A DNA stretch of 64,000 nucleotides from an uncultured Alistipes sp. (GCA_963931615.1 OZ007032.1:458612-522611), one strand, 5' to 3'. Positions 1-9,742 are shown, numbered from the stretch's first letter. A program made the numbers and translations. The notes: generated from the sequence alone by a model not told the origin.

Positions 1-854
1 ATGTTCAGATATTTCAGACCGCTCATGCGGGATATCTCTTCAAAATCCTGAATGTAGGGTGAGTGAATAATGGTCAGGGATTCAATGTATTCTTCCTCGG
101 TCAGCGCAAGAATGCTTGTCATATTCTGGTTGCCGACCAGCGTCCAGCTGGTAATGCTGTATTTGAACAGGGGACTCAGGTCGTTTATAGCAGAGTTGAG
201 CATGATGTAGGCTCCGCCGAGTATTTCATGGATATGCTCTCCTAAAGTGACCAGATCTGTATTGGAAATAGAGCCAGATCTGTAGAATGTATAGCTGGTT
301 CCATCCACGGAAATAGTGTATTTGTCTGTCTCGGACTGTGGAGCCGCCGAAGCGTTTTGCATGCTGTTGCTTGTGGAGCCGAGCAGGATGTTTCCGGATA
401 TTCTGTTGTAGCTCTTGATGAATTCAGTTATTTCTGCGCTGGATTGAAGCAGGGTATTCCCAGTCTTGGTGCTTATACCGTTGCTCGCTTGATTGACGGT
501 AAGTGTCAGGGAGCAATTATTGTTCTTGTCGCGAAGGGATACAATGGCGGTTCTTTCGTCTTCGGTTGTGTTCTCTTGTGCTTTTATGTGGAGAGTTTTG
601 CCGGAGACTGAAGCCGACAGCCATTCTTTGTTGGAAGAAACGTTTATATAGTTTTCACGGTTTGTGGATAAAGTCCTGGTAAAGGAAGTGTCGTTGCAAT
701 TGATGTTGACGGTTCTCTGTTCGTCCTGTAGGTCAATATATGCGAAACTGCCGTATCCGTCCACATCGGAGGTGCAGGAGCGGGAAACCAGCAATGCTGA
801 CAACAGCAGTATCAGGAACGGTAAGAAATGTCTGGTATGGTGAGTATTCTTCAT
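1..854 (-). CDS. Putative surface lipoprotein with a BACON-like domain followed by LRR-like repeats; partial, the 3' end runs off the window
   Basis: Absent from the ORF track because it is open at the window edge. I translated the minus strand by hand from the ATG at 854..852 and it stays open for 284 codons down to position 3. The product starts MKNTHHTRHFLPFLILLLSALLVSRSC, a signal peptide ending in Cys. The stretch ERTAIVSLRDKNNNCSLTLTVNQ resembles the end of a BACON-type Ig-like domain. The C-terminal part has Leu/Ile periodicity (LRR-like). Confidence 0.55.
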   Translation of the reverse strand, partial: MKNTHHTRHFLPFLILLLSALLVSRSCTSDVDGYGSFAYIDLQDEQRTVNINCNDTSFTRTLSTNRENYINVSSNKEWLSASVSGKTLHIKAQENTTEDERTAIVSLRDKNNNCSLTLTVNQASNGISTKTGNTLLQSSAEITEFIKSYNRISGNILLGSTSNSMQNASAAPQSETDKYTISVDGTSYTFYRSGSISNTDLVTLGEHIHEILGGAYIMLNSAINDLSPLFKYSITSWTLVGNQNMTSILALTEEEYIESLTIIHSPYIQDFEEISRMSGLKYLN

Positions 855-881
855 GTTTCGGAGTTTTGATTGGAATACAGA

Positions 882-1526
882 TTATTTAAAAGCAGATTTT
901 CTGTAAGTGTAGAGACGGAAACCAAGTCCGACAGAGGCTGTGATTACCGGGACACCATTTCCCATGACCACGTATGCCGGGCTTAAACCGTATGTCCCTC
1001 GGATATTGAGATAGACTACTCTTCCGAAATTGAACTTGAATCCTGCAAGCAGACTGGCATAGTATTTAAGGGCTCCGGAATCTGGATTTATTTCCAGTTC
1101 GTTATTATAGCCTGGGTTCTCTACGTATTTAGCGTTAAGCAGTATGGACTGCTGGAATCCTACTTCGAATATGGCACCGCGTCCCATCCACAGATGCAGG
1201 GAAACAGGGATATGCATGTACTGTTGAGTGAGATTGACGTAGGTGTCGCTGTCATATCCGTCAGAAGTCAGCAATGTGTAGTTTCCGGTCTGGTAGGCGT
1301 ATATGGCCTCGCCGTAGAAACCAACGACGCGGCCCAGCCTCAGCTCGAAATTTGCACCTCCGTATCCCCCGTATCCGAATCCGGGATAAAGTTCGGGATC
1401 GGTTTTAATATAGGTACCCAATCCACCTCCTTCTATTCCGAAGGAAAATTTGACAAACTGTGCTTTCGCAACAGTGCTGGCAGATATCAATACAAGTATT
1501 GACAGTAAGAATCTAAGTTGTCTCAT
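882..1526 (-). CDS. Small outer-membrane beta-barrel (porin-family) protein
   Basis: Signal peptide MRQLRFLLSILVLISASTVAKAQ. Gly/Tyr-rich alternating beta-strand pattern. Aromatic C-terminus (..YTYRKSAFK), typical of OMP_b-brl proteins. Confidence 0.7.
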   Translation of the reverse strand: MRQLRFLLSILVLISASTVAKAQFVKFSFGIEGGGLGTYIKTDPELYPGFGYGGYGGANFELRLGRVVGFYGEAIYAYQTGNYTLLTSDGYDSDTYVNLTQQYMHIPVSLHLWMGRGAIFEVGFQQSILLNAKYVENPGYNNELEINPDSGALKYYASLLAGFKFNFGRVVYLNIRGTYGLSPAYVVMGNGVPVITASVGLGFRLYTYRKSAFK

Positions 1527-1562
1527 GTCTGTTGTCTGGAATGATGATGATGGTTCCGTTGG

Positions 1563-4256
1563 TTAAGGTTTCCACTGTTTCCAGTTGTTCTCTATTCCGG
1601 GGCCGCTGAGCAGTTCAGGTGTCTGTTCCATATTGTTGATCCAGACTGAACTTGACTGGACTTTCGCCTTGACGGCATCGTAGAGGTCCTGAATGGTGAT
1701 GTCTCCGTATGAGTCCTTGAGCTGCTTCAGGAGGAAGTATGTGAACATACCGTGCTGCTTTTCCTGATATGGCATGGACCGCTGTGTGGCGGAGGAGGCT
1801 GTCATTACGACCAGATTGCCCTTGATGGGGGTTTCCTTAGGCTGGATGATGATACCGCGGCCGACTCCGCTGTAGCATGCGTCGAGGAATACCATTGTCC
1901 TTTTTGCACCGCTTTCACTGAGAGTCGCGTACATGTCTTCTAGCCTGATGCCCTCAGCAGGGGATGTGGTGCTGACATCCACGGGGATGAGGAAGCAGTC
2001 CTTGGACGAACCGTCCACCTGACCGTGACCGGCATAGTAGACGTAGATTTCCACCTGTCCGGGATTGAGACTTGCTATACGTGATATCTTGTTGATATTG
2101 AAATTCATCTGTGAGTATGTGGCGTTTTTGAGAAGGATGATGTTGTTCTCAGGTACGCCGAGGATGTTCTTTGCATATTCGCTGAAAGTCTCTGCATCGG
2201 ATACGGCGAAGTCCACATTGGGCTCATATAGTGTCTGCTGCTTGAAGGAGTTATAGTCCTCGTTGCCGATAACCAGGGCGAATTTGTTGTTGTCAGGGTC
2301 TTTGATTCTGGTCAGTCCGGACAGAAGTTCGGACTGCTGGGCACTGCCTGCAGCGGGAGCCGAGACATTACTGGGTGAAGTGGTTTCAGGAACGCCTGAT
2401 GCTCCGGATACCTGCTGAGCCTGTGCCATGTAGGCAGGCATAGAGTAGGCGGAACCGCCTCCCAGGACATTTACGGCCAGGTTCATCTTTCCGGTTTCGA
2501 ACATCATGTATTTGACGTCCGTGTGCTTCTTCGTATAGTCTGTAACTGTCGCAACGATGGACAGCTGTCCGGAGGTCGAGACTGTGGTGTCCAGATAGAA
2601 TGTCTGCTTGTATTCCTTCGTGTCTCCGGGATTGATGTCCCCAAGCCGGATGACAGAGGCGGATGCGTTGATTCCGGAGGGCCACCTCATGGTGACAGTT
2701 ACGTCTTTCGCTATGTCAGAACCCTCGTTGATGACAGTAAATTCTACGAGAGCGCTTTTGCCTGGAGCGATTACGGAGTGGTCAGGTGTGTGGACCCAGT
2801 AGTTGGCCAGCAGAGGCTCGCACTGGTTGATGCCGAGAGCAGGGAAGGACATGGAGGAGTTGGTTGCCAGGAATTGATTGTCTGCTAGTGCTTTAAAGCT
2901 GACATTGATGTCCTCGGACACCAGGTCCAGGTTGGACTGTCCTTCGAATGACACAGTTGTGGTTTCTCCAGGCATAATGCGCGGAACGTTAATCGAGTTG
3001 GATGCATAGTTGAACCACATGGCCTGTTCTGCCTCTCCTGATAAGGTGATGGAGGCTTTCTCGACAGGCTCCTTGCCATAGTTTTTTAGTTCTACGTTGA
3101 GAAGAAATTTCTCACCGGATTCCACTTTTCCGTTCCCATTGTGGTCGGCCAGAGTAACACTCTCGATTCTGAGGTCCGGCCATGTTTCGTTGGCATAGCT
3201 CTGGCGGATTATGCCCTGACGTCCTCCGTACGCGACGTAGGCGAGGCCGTCATTGAAGTCGGAGGTGTAAGAGAATATGGTGTCGATGATGATTTTTCCG
3301 GTGGGATTGATGAATCCATATTTGCCGTTTATGCATACCCATGCCTTGCCTTCCGAAAAGTTTCCGGCAGCCGTGCATTCCTCGGGCAAGTTGACAGCAG
3401 TAGTGCCGTTCGGACGGATATATTTGAGCCGGCCGTTGGAGGTCTGGACTAGAGCTACTCCTTCCTGGAAAGCGGATACTTTCGTGTAGCTGGAGGGGAG
3501 GAGTGAGTAGCGTCCTTTCTCGTACTTGATGAAGAAGTATTTCTCACCTTGTTTAAGGAACCCGCTGCCGTAGTTGTTGGACAGGTATATGTTGTCAGCC
3601 GTAAAAGGGAAGTCGAGCGCCTGCCGTTTGCCTTTGGCATTGATGGAGAAGTGGCGTCCGTTGATGGTTACCAGGGCTTTCTCTCCGAAGAAGTCGCTGG
3701 CCTGATCGAATATAGGCTCTATTGCGAAGAATCCGCGGCTGTCGATGTACCCATAACGGTCCTGTCCACGCACTTTTTTCTTTACTCTGGCAAGACCGTT
3801 GCTGTAGGAGTGGAAAGTCATGTCGGAGGGCAGGCCCTGAACTTTGCCGTTGGAATTGATGTAGTACCAGCTTTTGTCGATGGCGGCCAGCGCTACGTTG
3901 TTGGAGAACGGTGCGATGGTATCGTAGATGCACTTGAACACCTCACGTCCGGTAGGAGTGATTACGCCCCATTTGCCGTCTTTCTTGACTATGGCAAGGC
4001 CGTTGGAAAAGTCCTTTACTTCCTCGTATTCGGCAGGAATGACGACGTTGCCTTTTACATCCTCATATCCCCATTTGCCGGCTTCGTAGAAAGCGGCAAA
4101 GTCATCGGAGTAGGGACGCTGGCTCTGTCCGTGGACAGTGCGGATCCACTTGAATGAGCTGGTGGCTGGGTGGAATGTCTCGGTCTGGGCCCGAAGCATG
4201 AATGCTCCGGTAGGCAGAACCAGCAGCGATAAGATTATTGCTGTAATATTTTTCAT
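1563..4256 (-). CDS. Exported WG-repeat protein with a C-terminal caspase-family (peptidase C14) domain
   Basis: Sec signal MKNITAIILSLLVLPTGAFMLRAQ. Repeated GKWG[YV]..xG..v.P.y motifs over about aa 55-350. Two beta-sandwich-like modules follow, then an S/A/Q-rich linker. The C-terminal domain carries the caspase dyad contexts YYAGHG (His codon 2025..2027) and LDACYSG (Cys codon 1875..1877). Confidence 0.85.
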   Translation of the reverse strand: MKNITAIILSLLVLPTGAFMLRAQTETFHPATSSFKWIRTVHGQSQRPYSDDFAAFYEAGKWGYEDVKGNVVIPAEYEEVKDFSNGLAIVKKDGKWGVITPTGREVFKCIYDTIAPFSNNVALAAIDKSWYYINSNGKVQGLPSDMTFHSYSNGLARVKKKVRGQDRYGYIDSRGFFAIEPIFDQASDFFGEKALVTINGRHFSINAKGKRQALDFPFTADNIYLSNNYGSGFLKQGEKYFFIKYEKGRYSLLPSSYTKVSAFQEGVALVQTSNGRLKYIRPNGTTAVNLPEECTAAGNFSEGKAWVCINGKYGFINPTGKIIIDTIFSYTSDFNDGLAYVAYGGRQGIIRQSYANETWPDLRIESVTLADHNGNGKVESGEKFLLNVELKNYGKEPVEKASITLSGEAEQAMWFNYASNSINVPRIMPGETTTVSFEGQSNLDLVSEDINVSFKALADNQFLATNSSMSFPALGINQCEPLLANYWVHTPDHSVIAPGKSALVEFTVINEGSDIAKDVTVTMRWPSGINASASVIRLGDINPGDTKEYKQTFYLDTTVSTSGQLSIVATVTDYTKKHTDVKYMMFETGKMNLAVNVLGGGSAYSMPAYMAQAQQVSGASGVPETTSPSNVSAPAAGSAQQSELLSGLTRIKDPDNNKFALVIGNEDYNSFKQQTLYEPNVDFAVSDAETFSEYAKNILGVPENNIILLKNATYSQMNFNINKISRIASLNPGQVEIYVYYAGHGQVDGSSKDCFLIPVDVSTTSPAEGIRLEDMYATLSESGAKRTMVFLDACYSGVGRGIIIQPKETPIKGNLVVMTASSATQRSMPYQEKQHGMFTYFLLKQLKDSYGDITIQDLYDAVKAKVQSSSVWINNMEQTPELLSGPGIENNWKQWKP

Positions 4257-4282
4257 AGATAGATGTGTTTTTATTTTTCCTG

Positions 4283-5086
4283 TTACTGTACCACTATGGC
4301 TTCACGCCATGCCGCCCTCTCGTCTGCCGGGATGGCGTATATCCATTTCAGGACAGTTTCAAATGTGATTGTATTGTCAATGAACGGGATGTCCCTTTTG
4401 GTCGCGACGGCAATCAGATTGATGGTCTCGAATTTCTTGGATTTGTCCAGTTTTTCCATGATGTATTCCATGTTCTCATTTGTGGGAAACTGGTAATCGG
4501 TCTCTTTGCGGAAGATTTTTTTAGCCTCGTACTGGTTGGGGTATATAACCGAGCCGCCGTTGTCATCGAACCAGAACAGGTGCATGTAGGCGTCCTGCCC
4601 GTAAATCTTTGCTGTAAAGGTCAGGCGGTCTCCTTCTCCATAGATAGTCTGGGGCTGGGTGATATCCAGGACGAATGTCGGATCTATCTCGCCTCCCCGC
4701 TTTACATCCGCGTCAATAGTGGCGACTGCATAGCGTTTACCGTCCGTGACTTCCTCAGAATACTGGACATCACGGATATTGATGAATCCGTCAACCTGCA
4801 ATGTCGTCATTCTGGAAAGTACCTGGCTGAACTCGCTGCCGTCATCCTGACTGATCAGTCCTGTCACGCTCCAAAGTTTCTCAGGTACTCCGGCTTTGCG
4901 GAGCGCCTCTGTCTTGGCATTCTGAAGAGCCTTCTGCTCAGCTTCTTCCAAAGTGATATGACGGGAAATCTCACACTTGCCGACAGCTCCTCTGACTCTC
5001 TTGGACTGAGACTGGGCCATGGCATTGAATGTGTTTCCTGCTATGAGGAACAGGGACAGTGCAAAAACAATTTTTGAAATTTTCAT
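4283..5086 (-). CDS. Exported DUF4384-like protein with an LPP20-like N-terminal region
   Basis: Signal peptide MKISKIVFALSLFLIAGNTFNAMAQ. The C-terminal segment GDRLTFTAKIYGQDAYMHLFWFDDNGGSVIYPN fits the DUF4384 pattern. It lies 26 nt upstream of the caspase gene on the same strand. Confidence 0.55.
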   Translation of the reverse strand: MKISKIVFALSLFLIAGNTFNAMAQSQSKRVRGAVGKCEISRHITLEEAEQKALQNAKTEALRKAGVPEKLWSVTGLISQDDGSEFSQVLSRMTTLQVDGFINIRDVQYSEEVTDGKRYAVATIDADVKRGGEIDPTFVLDITQPQTIYGEGDRLTFTAKIYGQDAYMHLFWFDDNGGSVIYPNQYEAKKIFRKETDYQFPTNENMEYIMEKLDKSKKFETINLIAVATKRDIPFIDNTITFETVLKWIYAIPADERAAWREAIVVQ

Positions 5087-5104
5087 AATTTACCTAATGA
5101 GCTG

Positions 5105-5136
5105 CAAAATTGGTAAATTTTTATGAGAATATCAAA
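5105..5136 (-). promoter_or_regulatory. Putative Bacteroidota sigma-A promoter for the caspase operon
   Basis: The minus strand reads TTTG (5136..5133), then 20 nt, then CAATTTTG (5112..5105). This is a near match to -33 TTTG / -7 TAnnTTTG and lies 18 nt upstream of the ATG at 5086. Confidence 0.3.
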
Positions 5137-5144
5137 ATAGTTTG

Positions 5145-6605
5145 TTATAATTTCCCGATGGATTTTAAGTACTTGGTACAGGTAAGTTTGTAGTCTGCAA
5201 CAGCCTCTATCCAGTCACAGTTGCATTTGCTCCATTGGGTCTGCGCTTCCAGTACGTTGACAAGTGTCTCCAACCCCAGTTCGTATTGGTCACGGCAGAC
5301 TTTGAGGTTCTTTTCCGCGCTTTCCAAAGCACTGCGGGTCATACTGGCCTGAAGTGCGGCATCGGAAACAGCGAACAGGTTCTGGGCTCTCTCCAGTTCC
5401 ATCAGCCCTGCCAGGCGGTCGAGTTCCTCCAGAGCCATCTCGTGCTCTTTCTTGGCAGACTGCACCTTGAGGTATCCTTCGCCCCAGGCGAAAATGGGAA
5501 TCTTGAGAGTCGCCATGACCGTGAATCCGTCCTGGTTGAGGAGAACCTCGTCCTGGAGTTTCAGTCCGTGGGAATATCCGTAGCTGGCCACGACTCCCAG
5601 CTGGGGGAGAAAGTCGGAGCGTACAAAACCTACGTTGCGCCGTTTCAGCTCTGCCTGTCTGACCAGAAGCTGGTAGTCTGCCCGTCCTTCCACTGTATCG
5701 GATTCAGAGTATATGGTTTCGGGCAGGAACTCCGTGCTGTCCAGGTCGAAACCGCTCTGGTCTACTTCAATCTTTGTGGTAAGAGGCAGTCCCAGGATGT
5801 GGCATAGATTCATCATGGCCAGACGCTGTCCGTTGCGGGCTTTGGAGAGCATGAGGGCGGCATTGTTCCGCTGTACTTCTACTTTCAGCAGGTCGGTTGA
5901 TGTGGCCATGCCCACGTCTATGGCATTCTCAACGAAGGTGTACATGCTGTCTACTGTGCTGCTGAAGCTTTCGGCCGTTTCCAGCAGCCTGCAGGTTTTT
6001 ACATACATCCAGTAGGCCTCGTCCACTGAGACTATGACCTCATCGGCCTTCAGCCTGGAGTTGAGGACTGCCATCTCCTTGCCTATGTCGGCCATCCGGT
6101 AGCCGGAAACGATTTTACCTCCCATGAATACGGGCTGAGTTACGGAAATCCCGGCCGTGAAGGTATTGGCAAGGTCCACGGACAGGGTCATCGGAGGAAT
6201 GACGGCGTACTGGTTGAAGACGGGTATGCCGTTGTTGTAGACGATGTTGCCGGCGGCGTCCTTCATCAGGTCCGGTACCAGGTTGCCGTAGACGTTCTTG
6301 TATATGGGCAGGGCTCCGCCGCTGAAATCGTAGTCAAATGAACTGGAGGTCCAGAGGTAGAGGCCGTAGGCGGAGAATTTGGGCAGGAAATTGGTGATTA
6401 CAGCCTTGCGGTCCAGTGCGGTCTTCTCTTCCATCAGCCTGGCGCTGCGCAGTACGGCACTGCTGTCCAGGGCAATGCTCCGGCACTGCTCCAGTGTGAG
6501 GAAGCGTTTCTGCGGCTGGGCCGTGGCTGCGGCAGGAAGCAGGAGGAGGGCAGCTGCAATCAGGCCCAGAATCTGGGTATATGCGGGTAAATGTCTCATG
6601 GTCAT
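5145..6605 (-). CDS. TolC-family outer-membrane efflux protein
   Basis: 486 aa with a signal peptide and the two-repeat coiled-coil/beta-barrel OEP pattern. Its start has a 4-nt ATGA overlap with the end of the RND pump gene. Confidence 0.9.
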   Translation of the reverse strand: MTMRHLPAYTQILGLIAAALLLLPAAATAQPQKRFLTLEQCRSIALDSSAVLRSARLMEEKTALDRKAVITNFLPKFSAYGLYLWTSSSFDYDFSGGALPIYKNVYGNLVPDLMKDAAGNIVYNNGIPVFNQYAVIPPMTLSVDLANTFTAGISVTQPVFMGGKIVSGYRMADIGKEMAVLNSRLKADEVIVSVDEAYWMYVKTCRLLETAESFSSTVDSMYTFVENAIDVGMATSTDLLKVEVQRNNAALMLSKARNGQRLAMMNLCHILGLPLTTKIEVDQSGFDLDSTEFLPETIYSESDTVEGRADYQLLVRQAELKRRNVGFVRSDFLPQLGVVASYGYSHGLKLQDEVLLNQDGFTVMATLKIPIFAWGEGYLKVQSAKKEHEMALEELDRLAGLMELERAQNLFAVSDAALQASMTRSALESAEKNLKVCRDQYELGLETLVNVLEAQTQWSKCNCDWIEAVADYKLTCTKYLKSIGKL

Positions 6606-9600
6606 GCCTTTTTAATCTTGAAGAACAATGAGTACAGTACGGGCAGGAAGACGAGGGTAATCAGGGTGCCCACCGTCAGTCCGCCCATGATGGTCACCGC
6701 CAGCGAGCCGAAGAGCGGGTCGAAGAGCAGGGGCGCCATACCCAGGACGGTGGTCATCGAGGCCATCATCACGGGGCGCAGACGGGATAGGGTGGAGTCG
6801 ACTACGGCCTTGTAGGGCTCGACCCCTAGGCTCAGCTGCCGGTCTATCTCGTCGATGAGGACGATGCCGTTCTTGATCATCATGCCGATGATGCCCAGGC
6901 AGCCGACCATGGCCACGAAGCCGAAGCTCATGCCGGCGGCCAGCATGCCGAAGACTATGCCTATGGCCACCAGAGGCAGGCAGCAGACTATGATAAGCGG
7001 CTTCCGGATGTCCTTGAACAGGGCTATCATGATCAGCAGCATGACCACTATCGCGTGCGGGAAGTACTTGAACAGGTAGCGGGTGGACTGCCGGCTGGCG
7101 TCGTATTCGCCCAGCCAGGTGAGGGTGTAGCCGTCGGGCAGCTCAATGGCCTCTATCCGGTCCTTGACGGCGTCGCGGGCCTGGGCTGCGGTGTATCCTG
7201 CGGTGTTATTGCACTGGGCCTTGATGGCCCTCTGTCCGTTATACCGGCAGATCTTGGGCTCGTTCCACTCGATGACGGTGCCTGAGGTTATGGTGTTCAG
7301 GGGCAGGGGAGATACCAGCGCGTCGATGATGTCCGCCCGGCCGGTGGTGCCGGTCATCACTCCCTGGACGGTCTCCATGTTGGCTACCGACGATACTGAC
7401 GGCAGCAGTCCCCATACCGGGGTGTTGCGGATGCTCTCCACAGGCTCCCCGTCCATACCGGTGCTGCGGATATAGATGCCCAGCCTCTCGCCTCCCTCGT
7501 TGAGGGTGCCGCAGGGGATGCCCTCTGCCGCAGCCATCACGGAGATGCCGGCCGAGCTGCGTGAGATGCCTGCCTGACGGGCAGCCGCCTGGTCGTATTC
7601 CACCTTGACGGCCGGTACCATCGGAGACCAGTCGTCGGTCACTAACCAGGTGGCGTCGCTCTCCTCCATTATGGCCTGGGCCTGGGCGCAGAGGTCCTTG
7701 AGCACGGCGGGGTCAGGCCCCTGGAACATGGCCTCGACGGGGTAGGGGCGGTACATCAGGTTGTACTGCTTTACCCTGACGTAGGCCTCGGGGTAGGCGG
7801 CCATCAGCTCTTTCTGCATCCTGGGGATGCTCTCTATCATTTTGTCGTAGTCCTCATAATCGATGATCAGCTCTCCGTAGCTCAGCGAGGGGTCTGCGAT
7901 GGCCCTTACTAAGCAGTACCGTCCCGGAGTGCCGCCGAGAGAGGTGACGACGTGATTGACATTGTCATCCTGACGGATATATGCCTCCATTTCCTCTAAG
8001 TCCTTCTCTACCTTGCCGGGAGCGGTGCCCTCGGGCATGCGGTACTCGATGTAGAGCTGGTTGTAGGCCATGTCGGGGAAGAACATCTGGGGGATGTACT
8101 GATAGCACCATACGCTGCCGAGCACTAAGATGACGGCTATACCGACGGCGATGAGACGGTGTGAGAGCACGTGGTCCAGCACGCGGCGGAACCAGCGGTA
8201 TATCTTCGAATCGAAGGGATCGACGCTTTCAGAGGCGGTTCCGCTGCCCTTGGGATAGCGCAGGGTCAGGTCGCAGTGGACCGGGACGTGGGTCAGGGCC
8301 AGCACCCAGCTCAGCAGCAGGGAGACGGCCAGGACGATGAAGAGGTCCCTCACGTAGGTTCCGGCCATGTCCGGGGACATGAATATCGGGAAAAATGCCA
8401 GTATGGCGATGACAGTGGCTCCGAGCAGGGGCATGGCCGTCTTCTTGCAGATGTTGGTCAGGCACTGTGGCTTGGGCACTCCCCGCTTCATGTCCACGAG
8501 TATGCCGTCCACTATCACTATCGCGTTGTCCACCAGGATGCCCATCGCTACGATGAAGGAGCCGAGGGACACCCTCTGCAGGGTACCGTCCATCATGTCC
8601 AGGATGAAGAACGAGCCGAAGACTATCACCACTAAGCTGGTGGCTATGATGACTCCGCTGCGGAAGCCCATGGTCAGCATCAGCAGCAGGATGACTATTA
8701 CGATGGATTCTATCAGGTTGACGATGAAGGTGTTGATGGAGCTGCCGACTATCTCGGGCTGGAAGAATACCTTGTGGAACTCCATGCCGGCGGGGACGGA
8801 CTCAGCCTTGATCTCCTCTAACCTGGCCTCCACTTCCTTGCCTATCTTGATGATGTCGGTGCCGGACTCGGCTGAGATGAGCAGGCCGATGGCCGGCTGT
8901 CCGTCGTACTTCATGGAGTTGCGCACGGGTGTCTGCCAGCCGTAGGTGACGTCGGCCACGTCGGAGAGCTTGAGCTGGTCGTCTTCATGGCCCTGGATGA
9001 TGAGGTTGCGTATGTCCTCTATGCTTTCGTAGGCATCCCCCATCTCTATCTTCATCCTGCGGTCCGGGGTGTCGAAGTATCCGGAGTAGATGACCGAGTT
9101 CTGGGAATTGAGGGTGGTCAGCAGCTCGGTGGGATGCACTCCGAGGTTGGCCATGCGGTCGGCCTTCATGTCGATGTTCACGCAGCGGGTGCGCTCTCCG
9201 TAGGTGATGGCCTTGGACACTCCCTCTATGTCGCTGAGCTCCCGGCAGACCATGTCGGCGTAGCGTCCGGCTTCCTCATACCCGTATCCGTCGAATGTCA
9301 GGGCGTAGAACATGCCGTAGACATCCCCGTAGTCGTCCATGACCATGACCTGCGCCGATGCGGGCAGGGATGCCTTGGCGTCATTGACCTTGCGGCGGAG
9401 CATGTCCCACTCCTGCTGGGTGTCGGAGTCGGGGGTAGTGGTCTTGAGGGTGACAGTGATGATGGCCATGTCGTCGAAAGACTGGGAGGTCACCGTCCCC
9501 ACCTCGCTGATCCTGCGGATGGTCTCCTCGAGCGGGCGGGTTACCTCCAGTTCCGTCTCGTAGGCGGTCGCTCCGGGGTAGACGGCGGCCACCACTGCGA

Positions 9601-9730
9601 CCTTGACCTTGATCTCCGGGTCTTCGAGCTTGCTCATGCTGTTGTAGGCAAATGCTCCGCCCACAACGAGGCAGATGAGCACCGCCACAACCAGTATCCT
9701 GTTCTTCAGGGCGTATTCTGCTATGTTCAT
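6602..9730 (-). CDS. RND (AcrB/HAE1-type) efflux transporter permease
   Basis: 1042 aa with the 12-TM, two-large-loop layout. N-terminus MNIAEYALKNRILVVAVLICLV. Conserved TM4-type region VDNAIVIVDGI. Confidence 0.95.
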   Translation of the reverse strand: MNIAEYALKNRILVVAVLICLVVGGAFAYNSMSKLEDPEIKVKVAVVAAVYPGATAYETELEVTRPLEETIRRISEVGTVTSQSFDDMAIITVTLKTTTPDSDTQQEWDMLRRKVNDAKASLPASAQVMVMDDYGDVYGMFYALTFDGYGYEEAGRYADMVCRELSDIEGVSKAITYGERTRCVNIDMKADRMANLGVHPTELLTTLNSQNSVIYSGYFDTPDRRMKIEMGDAYESIEDIRNLIIQGHEDDQLKLSDVADVTYGWQTPVRNSMKYDGQPAIGLLISAESGTDIIKIGKEVEARLEEIKAESVPAGMEFHKVFFQPEIVGSSINTFIVNLIESIVIVILLLMLTMGFRSGVIIATSLVVIVFGSFFILDMMDGTLQRVSLGSFIVAMGILVDNAIVIVDGILVDMKRGVPKPQCLTNICKKTAMPLLGATVIAILAFFPIFMSPDMAGTYVRDLFIVLAVSLLLSWVLALTHVPVHCDLTLRYPKGSGTASESVDPFDSKIYRWFRRVLDHVLSHRLIAVGIAVILVLGSVWCYQYIPQMFFPDMAYNQLYIEYRMPEGTAPGKVEKDLEEMEAYIRQDDNVNHVVTSLGGTPGRYCLVRAIADPSLSYGELIIDYEDYDKMIESIPRMQKELMAAYPEAYVRVKQYNLMYRPYPVEAMFQGPDPAVLKDLCAQAQAIMEESDATWLVTDDWSPMVPAVKVEYDQAAARQAGISRSSAGISVMAAAEGIPCGTLNEGGERLGIYIRSTGMDGEPVESIRNTPVWGLLPSVSSVANMETVQGVMTGTTGRADIIDALVSPLPLNTITSGTVIEWNEPKICRYNGQRAIKAQCNNTAGYTAAQARDAVKDRIEAIELPDGYTLTWLGEYDASRQSTRYLFKYFPHAIVVMLLIMIALFKDIRKPLIIVCCLPLVAIGIVFGMLAAGMSFGFVAMVGCLGIIGMMIKNGIVLIDEIDRQLSLGVEPYKAVVDSTLSRLRPVMMASMTTVLGMAPLLFDPLFGSLAVTIMGGLTVGTLITLVFLPVLYSLFFKIKKA

Positions 9731-9742
9731 GACTCCGTAGGT

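Noticed and set aside
4265-5077. A 270-aa plus-strand ORF almost coextensive with the minus-strand DUF4384-like gene.
   Set aside because: The minus-strand product has a signal peptide, a sensible composition and a position in the operon. The plus-strand product is Cys/Phe/Leu-rich with no features and would run against all its neighbours.
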